Shown here in pieces: positions 1 through 7,406 of a stretch of DNA of 31,801 nt (the stretch's first letter is position 1; each line of letters begins with the position of its first letter). The stretch covers positions 1 through 31,801 of the forward strand of contig JBDRFE010000067.1 of the NCBI GenBank assembly GCA_043819075.1. Direction: 5' to 3'. Both the position numbers and the translations under genes were made by a program. The notes under the pieces are model-generated. The model had not been told where the DNA came from, did no database searches, and saw nothing but the letters and a program-made list of their open reading frames with translations. This DNA comes from an archaeon. Its GTDB lineage: Archaea; Iainarchaeota; Iainarchaeia; Iainarchaeales; 1-14-0-10-31-34.

Positions 1-161
1 ACGTCAATTGTAAATCTCCTGATGATTTTTTTTTCACTTAAATCAGAGATTCTTTTCCTTACAGTTCCTTCTGAAGTCTTTATTTTTGCAGCTATTTCAG
101 TGTTTGAAGCCCTTGAATTTTTTTCAAGCAGCCTTAAAATCTTTAAGTCTGTTTCATCCAT
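1..161 (-). CDS. Lrp/AsnC family transcriptional regulator (N-terminal HTH; continues beyond window start)
   Basis: Hand translation from ATG at 161: MDETDLKILRLLEKNSRASNTEIAAKIKTSEGTVRKRISDLSEKKIIRRFTID, a typical AsnC-type HTH. Not in the ORF track because it is truncated. Confidence 0.9.
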   Translation of the reverse strand, partial: MDETDLKILRLLEKNSRASNTEIAAKIKTSEGTVRKRISDLSEKKIIRRFTID

Positions 162-194
162 ATCGTAATAATACCGGGAAGGTTATTTAATTCT

Positions 195-209
195 TTACGT
201 TTTTCGTAA
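195..209. promoter_or_regulatory. Palindromic Lrp-type operator TTACG-TTTTT-CGTAA
   Basis: Perfect inverted repeat with a 5-nt AT core between the divergent lrp and peptide/PqqD promoters; same ACG-N5-CGT layout as Methanocaldococcus Ptr1/Ptr2 sites. Confidence 0.6.
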
Positions 210-304
210 CACTGTTTTCTTTTTTGCCCAAATATTTAAAAATATTCTACTAAATTAGTATTTATGTTGTATTTTTATTGATTTTTTTTATGGGGGTGCA
301 TCAA

Positions 305-367
305 ATGAATTCACAGCTATTGCTTGAAGAAATAGGAAGAATCGATTTTGTTCATTTTATGGGCTGA
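305..367 (+). CDS. Putative RiPP precursor peptide, 20 aa (MNSQLLLEEIGRIDFVHFMG)
   Basis: ATG at 305, TGA at 365-367. Strong SD-like GGGGGTG at 292-298 in otherwise AT-rich DNA, TATA-like TATTTAAA at about 233-240, and position directly upstream of the PqqD and radical SAM genes. Confidence 0.7.
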   Translation: MNSQLLLEEIGRIDFVHFMG

Positions 368-395
368 AGCCCATAAACCTGTTTTTTATTTTTTG
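356..395 (+). terminator. Hairpin TTTATGGGC-TGAA-GCCCATAAA followed by a T-rich tract
   Basis: Perfect 9-bp stem (356-364/369-377) with the peptide stop codon in the loop, followed by GTTTTTTATTTTTTG. Confidence 0.55.
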
Positions 396-448
396 TTAAA
401 TTTTTTTTAAGTTTTATTAAATGTTTTTTTGCCTTAAAGTGTTGAATT

Positions 449-712
449 ATGTTTTTACTGAAAAGCCCTGAAGTTTTCTGGGTAAAAAAAGGAAAGGATT
501 TTGAGTTATTCAACGCAAAAACCAAAACAATTTTCAGGGCAACAAAAACTGCAGTTGACCTGGTTAAATTATGCAACGGGAAAAGACGCATTGAAAAAAT
601 TTTTGAGTTAATGCAGGAAAAAAAAGATTTTAATGGAAGCAAAAAAGACTTAACTGAATTTATTTCCCTTCTCAAAGAAAAAAATATTTTAGGTGAAAAA
701 AGTGGGGCTTGA
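449..712 (+). CDS. PqqD family protein / stand-alone RiPP recognition element (RRE)
   Basis: 87 aa; beta-rich N-terminus then TAVDLVKLCNGKRRIEKIFELM...DLTEFISLLKEKNIL, matching the PqqD pattern (TA..I..LCDG..TVEEI...L...DV..FL..L...GLI). Confidence 0.8.
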   Translation: MFLLKSPEVFWVKKGKDFELFNAKTKTIFRATKTAVDLVKLCNGKRRIEKIFELMQEKKDFNGSKKDLTEFISLLKEKNILGEKSGA

Positions 713-1988
713 AAGGGAAAAAAGCAGGTTCTATAATTATCCTCCTTTTCTTCCTTCAGTGAATCATTCAGAGTTATTGAATGCATTGCAGGAATCATCC
801 GGCAAAAAAGAAGCCGGCTTATACATTCACATTCCTTTCTGCAAAAAACTCTGTTTTTTCTGCCCTTACACTAAATACGTGAAAGAAAGTTCAGTGCATG
901 AAGCCTATGTTGAGGCATTAAAAAAAGAAATCCTTCTGGTTTCCTCTTTTCCTTCAGTCAAAAATACAACAATTACTTCAGTTTTTTTTGGCGGTGGAAC
1001 GCCTACAATGCTTTCCACTCAACAGTTATCTGAACTGCTTTCTTTTTGCAGGAAAAACTTTTCTTTTGCAGAAAACATTCAGGTTTCAGTTGAAGCAAAC
1101 CCTGCCACAACAGAAGAAAAAACTTTTCTTGAATTAAAGAAAGCCGGCTTTAACAGAATAAGCTTTGGAGTACAGTCTTTTGACAACAAAACCCTGAAAC
1201 TGCTTGGCACAGCCCATTCATCTGAACAGGCTGTTAAAGCAGTTAATTCGGCTAAAAAGTTTTTTTCTGAAATAAACATTGACTTAATGTACAGGCTTCC
1301 GGGGCAGACTGTTTTTGCATGGAAAAAAGATTTGCTGAAAGCAGTTTCTCTTAATGTATCTCATATTACGACTTATGCCCTTGATTTAGTTCAGGGGACA
1401 ACGCTTTTTATTTTGAATAAAAAAAATGCTTTGCAAAAAATTCCTTCTTTTGATGAAGAAAAAAAAATGATGGTTTTGGCTGACAGGCTTCTTTCAAAAA
1501 AAGGCTTCAAAAGGTATTTGGTTGACCAGTTTGCTTTGAATGGAAAAGAAAACAAGTATGCGATTCAGACTCTTTTAGGGAACGTACTTGGATTAGGCTG
1601 TGGGGCTTTCTCGCATTTTAATGTATTTGAGTTCAAGAATTTTTCTGTTCTTGAAAAATACTTTGAAGCAACAGGAAAAGGCTTTCTTCCGGCTGAATCA
1701 GGGAAAAAGCTTTCAGAAAAAGAACTTATGGAGCGCTTTATGATAAAACATTCAATGCTGTTGGAATTCAGTGCAGATGAATTCAAAAAACAGTTCGGGA
1801 AAAGCGTGTTCAAAGTTTTCGGCAGGCAGTTAAAAAAACTGAAGGCACTTAAGTTAATCTCGGTAAAAGGAAATAAAATCAGGGTTACTTCAAAAGGAAG
1901 AATGTATATCTATAACATCCACAGAAGCTTTTACCCAAAAGAATTCAATCAGGTAATACAAGGCTTTGAAAAGGCAGGAAGTGGTTAA
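693..1988 (+). CDS. HemN-like (class C) radical SAM enzyme; probable start GTG at 702
   Basis: LYIHIPFCKKLCFFCPY (CxxxCxxC), FFGGGTPT, EANP, RISFGVQSF, NIDLMYRLPGQT and a HemN_C-like C-terminus. GGTGA SD at 692-696 precedes the in-frame GTG at 702; overlaps the PqqD stop. Confidence 0.9.
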   Translation: MKKVGLEREKSRFYNYPPFLPSVNHSELLNALQESSGKKEAGLYIHIPFCKKLCFFCPYTKYVKESSVHEAYVEALKKEILLVSSFPSVKNTTITSVFFGGGTPTMLSTQQLSELLSFCRKNFSFAENIQVSVEANPATTEEKTFLELKKAGFNRISFGVQSFDNKTLKLLGTAHSSEQAVKAVNSAKKFFSEINIDLMYRLPGQTVFAWKKDLLKAVSLNVSHITTYALDLVQGTTLFILNKKNALQKIPSFDEEKKMMVLADRLLSKKGFKRYLVDQFALNGKENKYAIQTLLGNVLGLGCGAFSHFNVFEFKNFSVLEKYFEATGKGFLPAESGKKLSEKELMERFMIKHSMLLEFSADEFKKQFGKSVFKVFGRQLKKLKALKLISVKGNKIRVTSKGRMYIYNIHRSFYPKEFNQVIQGFEKAGSG

Positions 1989-2054
1989 ACCCGTGCATTG
2001 CCTTTGCAGGCGGAAAGTGAAAGTTTTATTAAGGGGAAAAGCATTTTATTAGCT

Positions 2055-3668
2055 ATGAAAAAAATAATTTTGTTGCTTGCATTGGTTTTGTTTTTTTCAT
2101 GTTTTGCTTCTGCTGTAATGGTTCCAATCGGGGCTCCAAAAAAAACTTTGACTGAAGAAGACAGGTGGAATTTAGGCGGAGGGTATAGTTTGGCGGTTAT
2201 GGATATAACCATAGAGGAAGTAGACAAGGTTTGGATTAGTTTTTTTAAAGACAGCACATTACTTGATGATGAAGTCTTAGGCGAAGGAGATGTTTATTCT
2301 TATGAAGATATTTTCGCTACTAAACTTGATGTGGTTTTTGCCGGAGCAATTAGTAATCTGGCTCAATTTACTGACAGTTCAATTAGTTCTGAAGTTATTG
2401 GTTCAGAAGAAACCCCTTTAATGGTTTCAATTAACACTCCAAAAAAAGTTTTGGGGGTGGGAGAAAAATGGAATGTTGGAGGGTATTACGTTGTTTTTGT
2501 TAAGGAAATAGATACAACAACAAATCCAATGCAGGCATGGGTTATATTTATGTCTGGGTGCAGCAAACTGGATGATGCAGTGGTAGCTTTAGGAGGAATT
2601 TATTCTTTTGGGGATATTTCTGGGGAAATTTTTACTACTACAATTGATTCAATTTTTAATGGAATGAACAATGATTTTGTTCAGTTTAAAAACAGTTCAA
2701 TCACAGATTCTGCAAGCGTGGTTCATACTTCATATATTTCAGAAGAATGGATTTGTGCTGAATGGGGTTTATGCATTAATGGAGAACAGTCAAGGGAATG
2801 CACTAATTCAAGTCCTGCATGTGCAACCAATTCTTTTATCAAGCCTGCAGTAATCCAGGACTGTGTTGGCTCATGCACTGAAAACTGGAGTTGCTCGGCT
2901 TGGTCAGCCTGTACTGGCGGAAAACAAACTAGAACCTGCACTGATTCAAGTGGGTGCGGCACTGCATTGGATAAGCCTTCAACAGAAAAAGATTGTTCTG
3001 TATGCAAAGAAGATTGGTCTTGCAGTGAATGGGCTGAATGCATTAACGGAGTGCAAACAAGGGAATGCAGTGACTTGAGTTCCTGCGGCACAGAAATAAG
3101 AAAACCTGAAACAGAACAAGCCTGTGGAATAGAAGAATGTGAAGAAAAATGGTTTTGCAGTGAATGGAGTTCATGCATTAACGAAAAACAAACCAGGACA
3201 TGCGAGGATTCAGCCAAGTGCAAGACTTTTAACCAAAAACCTTCTCTGACAAAAAAATGCACTGAAGAAAAACCAAAAACTTTTATTGAAAGAAATGAAG
3301 CAAAAACAGAAAAAAACTCAAATAATACTTTCACTTTAAAAGTTGAAGATGTTTCAGTTGAATCGCTTTCTGAACTGATTGAAAAATCAGGGAAGATTTT
3401 TGTTGTCACTTCAAAAGGAAGCAATGAAATCAAAGTTCTTCCATCAACTGCGTTAATCAAGGCAAATTTTACAGGCAAAGCAGACAAAATCCATATAGAA
3501 GAAGCATATGATGGGAAAGCATTGTATGTTGTTTCAGGAAAAAAGAACGGATTGTTTTTGCTGATTTTTCCTGTTGAAGCAGAAATAAAAGTAAGCATTG
3601 ACGTTGAATCAGGGGAAATTGTTTCCACAGAAAAGCCATGGTGGAGCTTTCTTGCATGGGGAATATAA
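2055..3668 (+). CDS. Secreted/surface protein: two S-layer-duplication-like domains, four Cys/Trp-rich repeats, C-terminal KPWWSFL domain
   Basis: Signal peptide MKKIILLLALVLFFSCFASA from ATG 2055; tandem repeats PKKTL..RWNLGGGYSL..VWISFFKD...LDDEV and PKKVL..KWNVGGYYVV..AWVIF...LDDAV; four W.C..W..C....Q.R.C repeats. Confidence 0.75.
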   Translation: MKKIILLLALVLFFSCFASAVMVPIGAPKKTLTEEDRWNLGGGYSLAVMDITIEEVDKVWISFFKDSTLLDDEVLGEGDVYSYEDIFATKLDVVFAGAISNLAQFTDSSISSEVIGSEETPLMVSINTPKKVLGVGEKWNVGGYYVVFVKEIDTTTNPMQAWVIFMSGCSKLDDAVVALGGIYSFGDISGEIFTTTIDSIFNGMNNDFVQFKNSSITDSASVVHTSYISEEWICAEWGLCINGEQSRECTNSSPACATNSFIKPAVIQDCVGSCTENWSCSAWSACTGGKQTRTCTDSSGCGTALDKPSTEKDCSVCKEDWSCSEWAECINGVQTRECSDLSSCGTEIRKPETEQACGIEECEEKWFCSEWSSCINEKQTRTCEDSAKCKTFNQKPSLTKKCTEEKPKTFIERNEAKTEKNSNNTFTLKVEDVSVESLSELIEKSGKIFVVTSKGSNEIKVLPSTALIKANFTGKADKIHIEEAYDGKALYVVSGKKNGLFLLIFPVEAEIKVSIDVESGEIVSTEKPWWSFLAWGI

Positions 3669-3702
3669 TCATTCATACTCATCAAAAACCTTTTTAAACA
3701 TT
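3666..3702 (+). repeat. 37-bp direct repeat copy 1 (contains BRE/TATA-like CAAAAAC-TTTTTAAA)
   Basis: TAATCATTCATACTCATCAAAAACCTTTTTAAACATT; 34/37 identical to 4903..4939 by manual comparison. Confidence 0.85.
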
Positions 3703-3707
3703 AATTA

Positions 3708-3734
3708 GTTATAATCGGTTATAATCGTTATAGC
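3708..3734 (+). promoter_or_regulatory. Tandem GTTATAATCG repeats, candidate TA operator
   Basis: GTTATAATCG twice (3708-3717, 3718-3727) plus partial TTATAGC, just downstream of the TATA box and upstream of the toxin gene. Confidence 0.45.
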
Positions 3735-3785
3735 TTTTATATTCCAACTACTTTTTCACTACAAAACAGCGTGTTTAAATAATGG

Positions 3786-4100
3786 TTGTCCTTTATGTTT
3801 TGTAGTGATTTTGTAGTGAATGTTTTTTGGACTCAGCATGCGTTGGAAAGGTTTCTTGAAAGGGCCCTGCTTTACGGCTTTTCCAGAACTGACTTGGAGC
3901 AGGTTATAAAGAAACAGGAAGTCAGAATCAGTAAAGGCTTTGACAAAAAATACAATAAAAACAAGTTTGAGACAGTTGGAATGCTGTTCAACAAGTTTTT
4001 TACTGTCCAGAAAGCTGAAGACAAGAAAAACATTGTTGTTATTACTTTATGGGAATCAAGCAAAAACGAGGTGGATTTATGGTTTTCAAAACAAAAATAA
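3786..4100 (+). CDS. DUF4258 / RelE-superfamily toxin-like protein (start may be 3795 or 3816)
   Basis: VFWTQHALERFLER...DLEQVI...IVVITLW, the HA.ER pattern of DUF4258-type toxins; overlaps the downstream Zn-finger gene. Confidence 0.65.
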   Translation: MSFMFCSDFVVNVFWTQHALERFLERALLYGFSRTDLEQVIKKQEVRISKGFDKKYNKNKFETVGMLFNKFFTVQKAEDKKNIVVITLWESSKNEVDLWFSKQK

Positions 4101-4417
4101 AATGCCCTGTTTGTTCAGGTGATGCTGTTCTTTCAAAAGAGAATTTAGAACTGTTTGACGGCTTAATTAAGTTGAAAAACAATCCAATGTACAAATGCAA
4201 TAAATGCAGGGAATCTTTTGCTAATGGAAAAATGGCTGATGAAACCCTAAGCAAGGCAGGAAAAGAATTTAATTTTTCAAGGCAGATTGTTTCAACTGGA
4301 GGCAGTCTGGCAATAACCCTTCCAAGCGATTTGACTAAATTTTATAAGCTAAGGAAAGGCGGGAAAATAAAACTCGTTCCAGAAGGCACACGCTCGCTTA
4401 AAGTGGAAATCTGCTGA
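4079..4417 (+). CDS. Antitoxin-like protein: YgiT/MqsA-type zinc finger fused to an AbrB/MazE DNA-binding domain
   Basis: SD GAGGTGG before ATG 4079; CPVC...YKCNKCRESF zinc ribbon followed by RQIVSTGGSLAITLPSDLTKFYKLRKGGKIKL (AbrB motif). Confidence 0.75.
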   Translation: MVFKTKIKCPVCSGDAVLSKENLELFDGLIKLKNNPMYKCNKCRESFANGKMADETLSKAGKEFNFSRQIVSTGGSLAITLPSDLTKFYKLRKGGKIKLVPEGTRSLKVEIC

Positions 4418-4459
4418 GGAGGAAGTTTTATTAATGAGATAACAGATAAATTGATTAGA

Positions 4460-4897
4460 ATGAAAATAAAATTCAAAAGAAAAAGATACTCTGGTGGGCT
4501 TGAATCAGATTCAAAAAAGGCTTTAGGTAATGTACTGCGTGATAGGAAATATAGGAGGAATCAATTAATTTATCACGGAGCTGCGGGCGGGATGATTGGA
4601 GGATTCGCTCTTTTTTCTGGAGCAAAACCTTTATCTTTTTTGTATCCTCCGGCTATTACTCTTAGTTATGCTTATTCAAAGGGTTCAAAATGGGTTAGGG
4701 AATCGACAAGGTATTTGAAAAAAAAACTAAAAGAAGAGGTTAGAGCCAATGCTGAACTAAAGACTTTTTTAAAAGATTATAAATATGTTTTTGTTGATAA
4801 AAAAGGAAGGCTTGCAGGAACTAATTTTCCCAGAATAGCAGGGGTTTTGGGCATTGGCAGGATTAGAATCAAGACAAAAGACATTGTTGAAAGCTGA
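4460..4897 (+). CDS. Hypothetical basic protein with a central hydrophobic Gly-rich segment
   Basis: K/R-rich ORF with HGAAGGMIGGFALFSG; TTTATTAA about 26 nt upstream of ATG 4460. Confidence 0.6.
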   Translation: MKIKFKRKRYSGGLESDSKKALGNVLRDRKYRRNQLIYHGAAGGMIGGFALFSGAKPLSFLYPPAITLSYAYSKGSKWVRESTRYLKKKLKEEVRANAELKTFLKDYKYVFVDKKGRLAGTNFPRIAGVLGIGRIRIKTKDIVES

Positions 4898-4902
4898 TTT
4901 AG

Positions 4903-4951
4903 TAATCATTCATATCCATCAAAAACATTTTTAAACATTTATATCCATCAA
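4903..4951 (+). promoter_or_regulatory. Thermosome promoter; 37-bp repeat copy 2; ATATCCATCAA direct repeat flanking the TATA box
   Basis: TAATCATTCATATCCATCAAAAACATTTTTAAACATT at 4903-4939; ATATCCATCAA at 4912-4922 and 4941-4951. Confidence 0.65.
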
Positions 4952-4999
4952 TCTTTATGTACTATTTTTATGCTAGAATTGAATTAAGGAGATGATTTT

Positions 5000-6646
5000 A
5001 TGGCACAAACAGATAATATGAACCAGCAAGTCGTCTTTCTTTCAGATGGCTCAAGAAGAACCAAAGGAAGAGACGCACAAAGAATTAATATTTTGATTGC
5101 AAAAGCAGTTGCAAACGCAGTCAAGTCTACTTTAGGACCAAAAGGAATGGATAAAATGATTGTAGACGATTTAGGCGATGTAACTGTTTCAAACGACGGG
5201 GCAACAATTTTAAGCGAAATGAGCATTGACCATCCAATCGGAAAAATGTTAGTTGAAGTCGCAAAAACACAGGACACTGAAGTAGGAGACGGCACAACAA
5301 CAGTTGTTGTTTTAGCCGGAGGATTGTTAGGCAAAGCAGAAAAACTGCTTGACGACGATATCCACTCTTCTATTATAATTAACGGCTACAGAATGGCAGC
5401 AAAAAAAGCAAAAGAATTATACGAAGACATTGCAGACCCAGTAAGCTTAAAAGACTTAAAAACATTAAAAGACATTGCTGTTACCTCAATGACAGGAAAA
5501 GCTGCAGAGGCTTCAATGGAATTAGCTGACTTGGTTGTAGATGCAATCAAAACTGTTTCAGAAGAAAACGAAGGCAAGATAACAGTTGACAGGGAAAGAA
5601 TTAAAGTTGAAAAAAAAGGCGGGGCAGGATTAGCTGACTCCCAGTTAATCAAAGGAGTTGTAATTGACAAAGAAATAGTTAACGAAGGAATGCCAGATAA
5701 AATGAATAAAGCAAAAATTGCCTTAATTGATTCTGCTTTAGAAATAAAGGAAACCGAAACAGACGCAAAAATCCAGATAACTTCTCCAGACCAGTTACAG
5801 GCTTTTTTGGACCAAGAAGAATCAATGCTGAAAAATATGGTTGACAAAATAAAGCAATCTGGAGCAAACATTGTTTTCTGTCAGAAAGGAATAGATGATT
5901 TAGCCCAGCATTTTCTTGCAAAAGAAAACATTATGGCTGTAAGAAGAGTCAAAAAATCTGACATGGGCTTACTATCAAAATCAACCGGAGCAAAAATTAT
6001 TACAAGAATAAGTGACTTGAATTCAAAAGACTTGGGCTTTGCTGAAACCATTACATCCAGAAAAGTTGCAAACGAGGATATGGTTTTCGTTGAAGGATGC
6101 AAGAACCCAAAAGCAGTAACAATTTTAGTTAGAGGCGGTTCAGACCACATAATGGATGAAGCAGAAAGAGCCTTAAACGACGCTTTAGGTGCAGTAATTT
6201 CTGCAATTAAAGTCGGAAAAATTGTTGCAGGCGGGGGAAGCAGTGAAATAGAGGTTGCAGTAAAGCTAAGAGAATACGCTAAAACAATCGGCGGAAGAGA
6301 ACAATTAGCAATTGACGCTTTTGCTGAAACCCTGGAAATTATTCCAAGAACTTTAGCTGAAACAGCTGGAATGGATCCAATTGACACTTTAGTTGGCTTA
6401 AGGTCAAAGCACGCTAAAAGTGCAGGAAAATACATTGGAGTTGACGTCTATAAATCTGAATTAACTGACATGAAAGCAAAAAAAGTTATAGAGCCTTTAA
6501 GCGTTAAAACCCAGGCAATCACTTCAGCTTCAGAAGTAACTGAAATGATTCTAAGAATAGACGACATCATTGCAGGCTCAAGCAAGCCTTCAGGGCCTCC
6601 AATGCCTCCAGGCGGAATGGGTGGCATGGGCGGAATGGATTACTAA
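5000..6646 (+). CDS. ths: Thermosome subunit (group II chaperonin)
   Basis: [44 protein letters not shown] and a GGM-repeat tail; SD AGGAGA. Confidence 0.98.
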   Translation: MAQTDNMNQQVVFLSDGSRRTKGRDAQRINILIAKAVANAVKSTLGPKGMDKMIVDDLGDVTVSNDGATILSEMSIDHPIGKMLVEVAKTQDTEVGDGTTTVVVLAGGLLGKAEKLLDDDIHSSIIINGYRMAAKKAKELYEDIADPVSLKDLKTLKDIAVTSMTGKAAEASMELADLVVDAIKTVSEENEGKITVDRERIKVEKKGGAGLADSQLIKGVVIDKEIVNEGMPDKMNKAKIALIDSALEIKETETDAKIQITSPDQLQAFLDQEESMLKNMVDKIKQSGANIVFCQKGIDDLAQHFLAKENIMAVRRVKKSDMGLLSKSTGAKIITRISDLNSKDLGFAETITSRKVANEDMVFVEGCKNPKAVTILVRGGSDHIMDEAERALNDALGAVISAIKVGKIVAGGGSSEIEVAVKLREYAKTIGGREQLAIDAFAETLEIIPRTLAETAGMDPIDTLVGLRSKHAKSAGKYIGVDVYKSELTDMKAKKVIEPLSVKTQAITSASEVTEMILRIDDIIAGSSKPSGPPMPPGGMGGMGGMDY

Positions 6647-6648
6647 AC

Positions 6649-6798
6649 CAACTGCCACTGTCAGCTTGACACCAGTGCAGGACATTCGCTGTGCTCAGTC
6701 CAGCTGACAAGCCATTGTCTTTGAAAGTTGTGGCACGGCGTAAAGCCGTGCTATCACCACTTTATGTGGTGCCTCGCACCCAACAGCCGAAACTGTTG
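6649..6798. repeat. GC-rich cluster of hairpins (REP-like) between convergent genes
   Basis: Stems TGTCAGCT/AGCTGACA (6659-6666/6702-6709), GCACGGC-GTAAA-GCCGTGC (6733-6751), CACCAC-TTTAT-GTGGTG (6755-6771), CAACAG-CCGAAA-CTGTTG (6781-6798). 6753-6776 is the exact reverse complement of 12760-12783. Confidence 0.7.
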
Positions 6799-6800
6799 TT

Positions 6801-7244
6801 TTAAAAATCGAGTTCTTGTATTGCTTTTTGGATTGCAGGCTTTTCAAAGCCTTTTTGATTTAATTCAACTTCAATGAATGCTTTAATTTTTTCTGGGGCT
6901 TCAAGTAAAACCCCCCGTTCATCTAATCTTTCAAGATACCAATCCCTTTTTTTCACTCTTTTAATTGCCTGTTCTATTATGCTTTCCATTAATTTTCCGG
7001 TAGGCCTTCTTGTGCGGTCTGGGATTTCTGCTTTAAATTTGTTCACTATTCTTCTGTCAGTTCCTGTTGGCTTTTTTCCAGTTAAACTTTTTGCAGTGCT
7101 TCTTCTTATCGCTTTTTTTTGGCCTTTCAGCTGGTTGTATAAAGCTCTTTCCTGTTTTCCTGCATTTCCGTGCAGTGCACGCACTTTTTTTGTCGCTAAT
7201 TTTCCTGCAACTTTTCTTGTTATTGGTCTTGGCAGTTTTGGCAT
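6801..7244 (-). CDS. Hypothetical highly basic protein
   Basis: 147-aa ORF starting MPKLPRP, K/R-rich; SD-like GGAAGTGA upstream. Confidence 0.65.
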   Translation of the reverse strand: MPKLPRPITRKVAGKLATKKVRALHGNAGKQERALYNQLKGQKKAIRRSTAKSLTGKKPTGTDRRIVNKFKAEIPDRTRRPTGKLMESIIEQAIKRVKKRDWYLERLDERGVLLEAPEKIKAFIEVELNQKGFEKPAIQKAIQELDF

Positions 7245-7406
7245 TAAGTCACTTCCTTTAATTTAACTTAAAAAGATATTAGCCTTGGTTTTATTTAAGC
7301 TTTACTTTTTCTTTCTTGTTTTTTTTAAATCTGTTACATAATATTTTGGGCTAAACCAGAAAAAAAAGCAATAGATATTTATATAACCTTTGTCTTAAAT
7401 TTAGTC

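Noticed and set aside
365..376. Selenocysteine read-through of the peptide TGA
   Set aside because: Only two codons follow before TAA, the hairpin encloses the TGA rather than following it, and no SECIS-like element or Sec machinery is visible.
2723..3685. Long antisense ORFs (for example 2723..3685, 5881..6435, 19492..20202, 28177..28776)
   Set aside because: They shadow well-supported genes on the opposite strand and have no motifs.
6649..6798. Known ncRNA (SRP RNA, RNase P RNA, tRNA) after the thermosome
   Set aside because: No recognisable conserved motifs of these RNAs; better explained as repeat hairpins or a bidirectional terminator.
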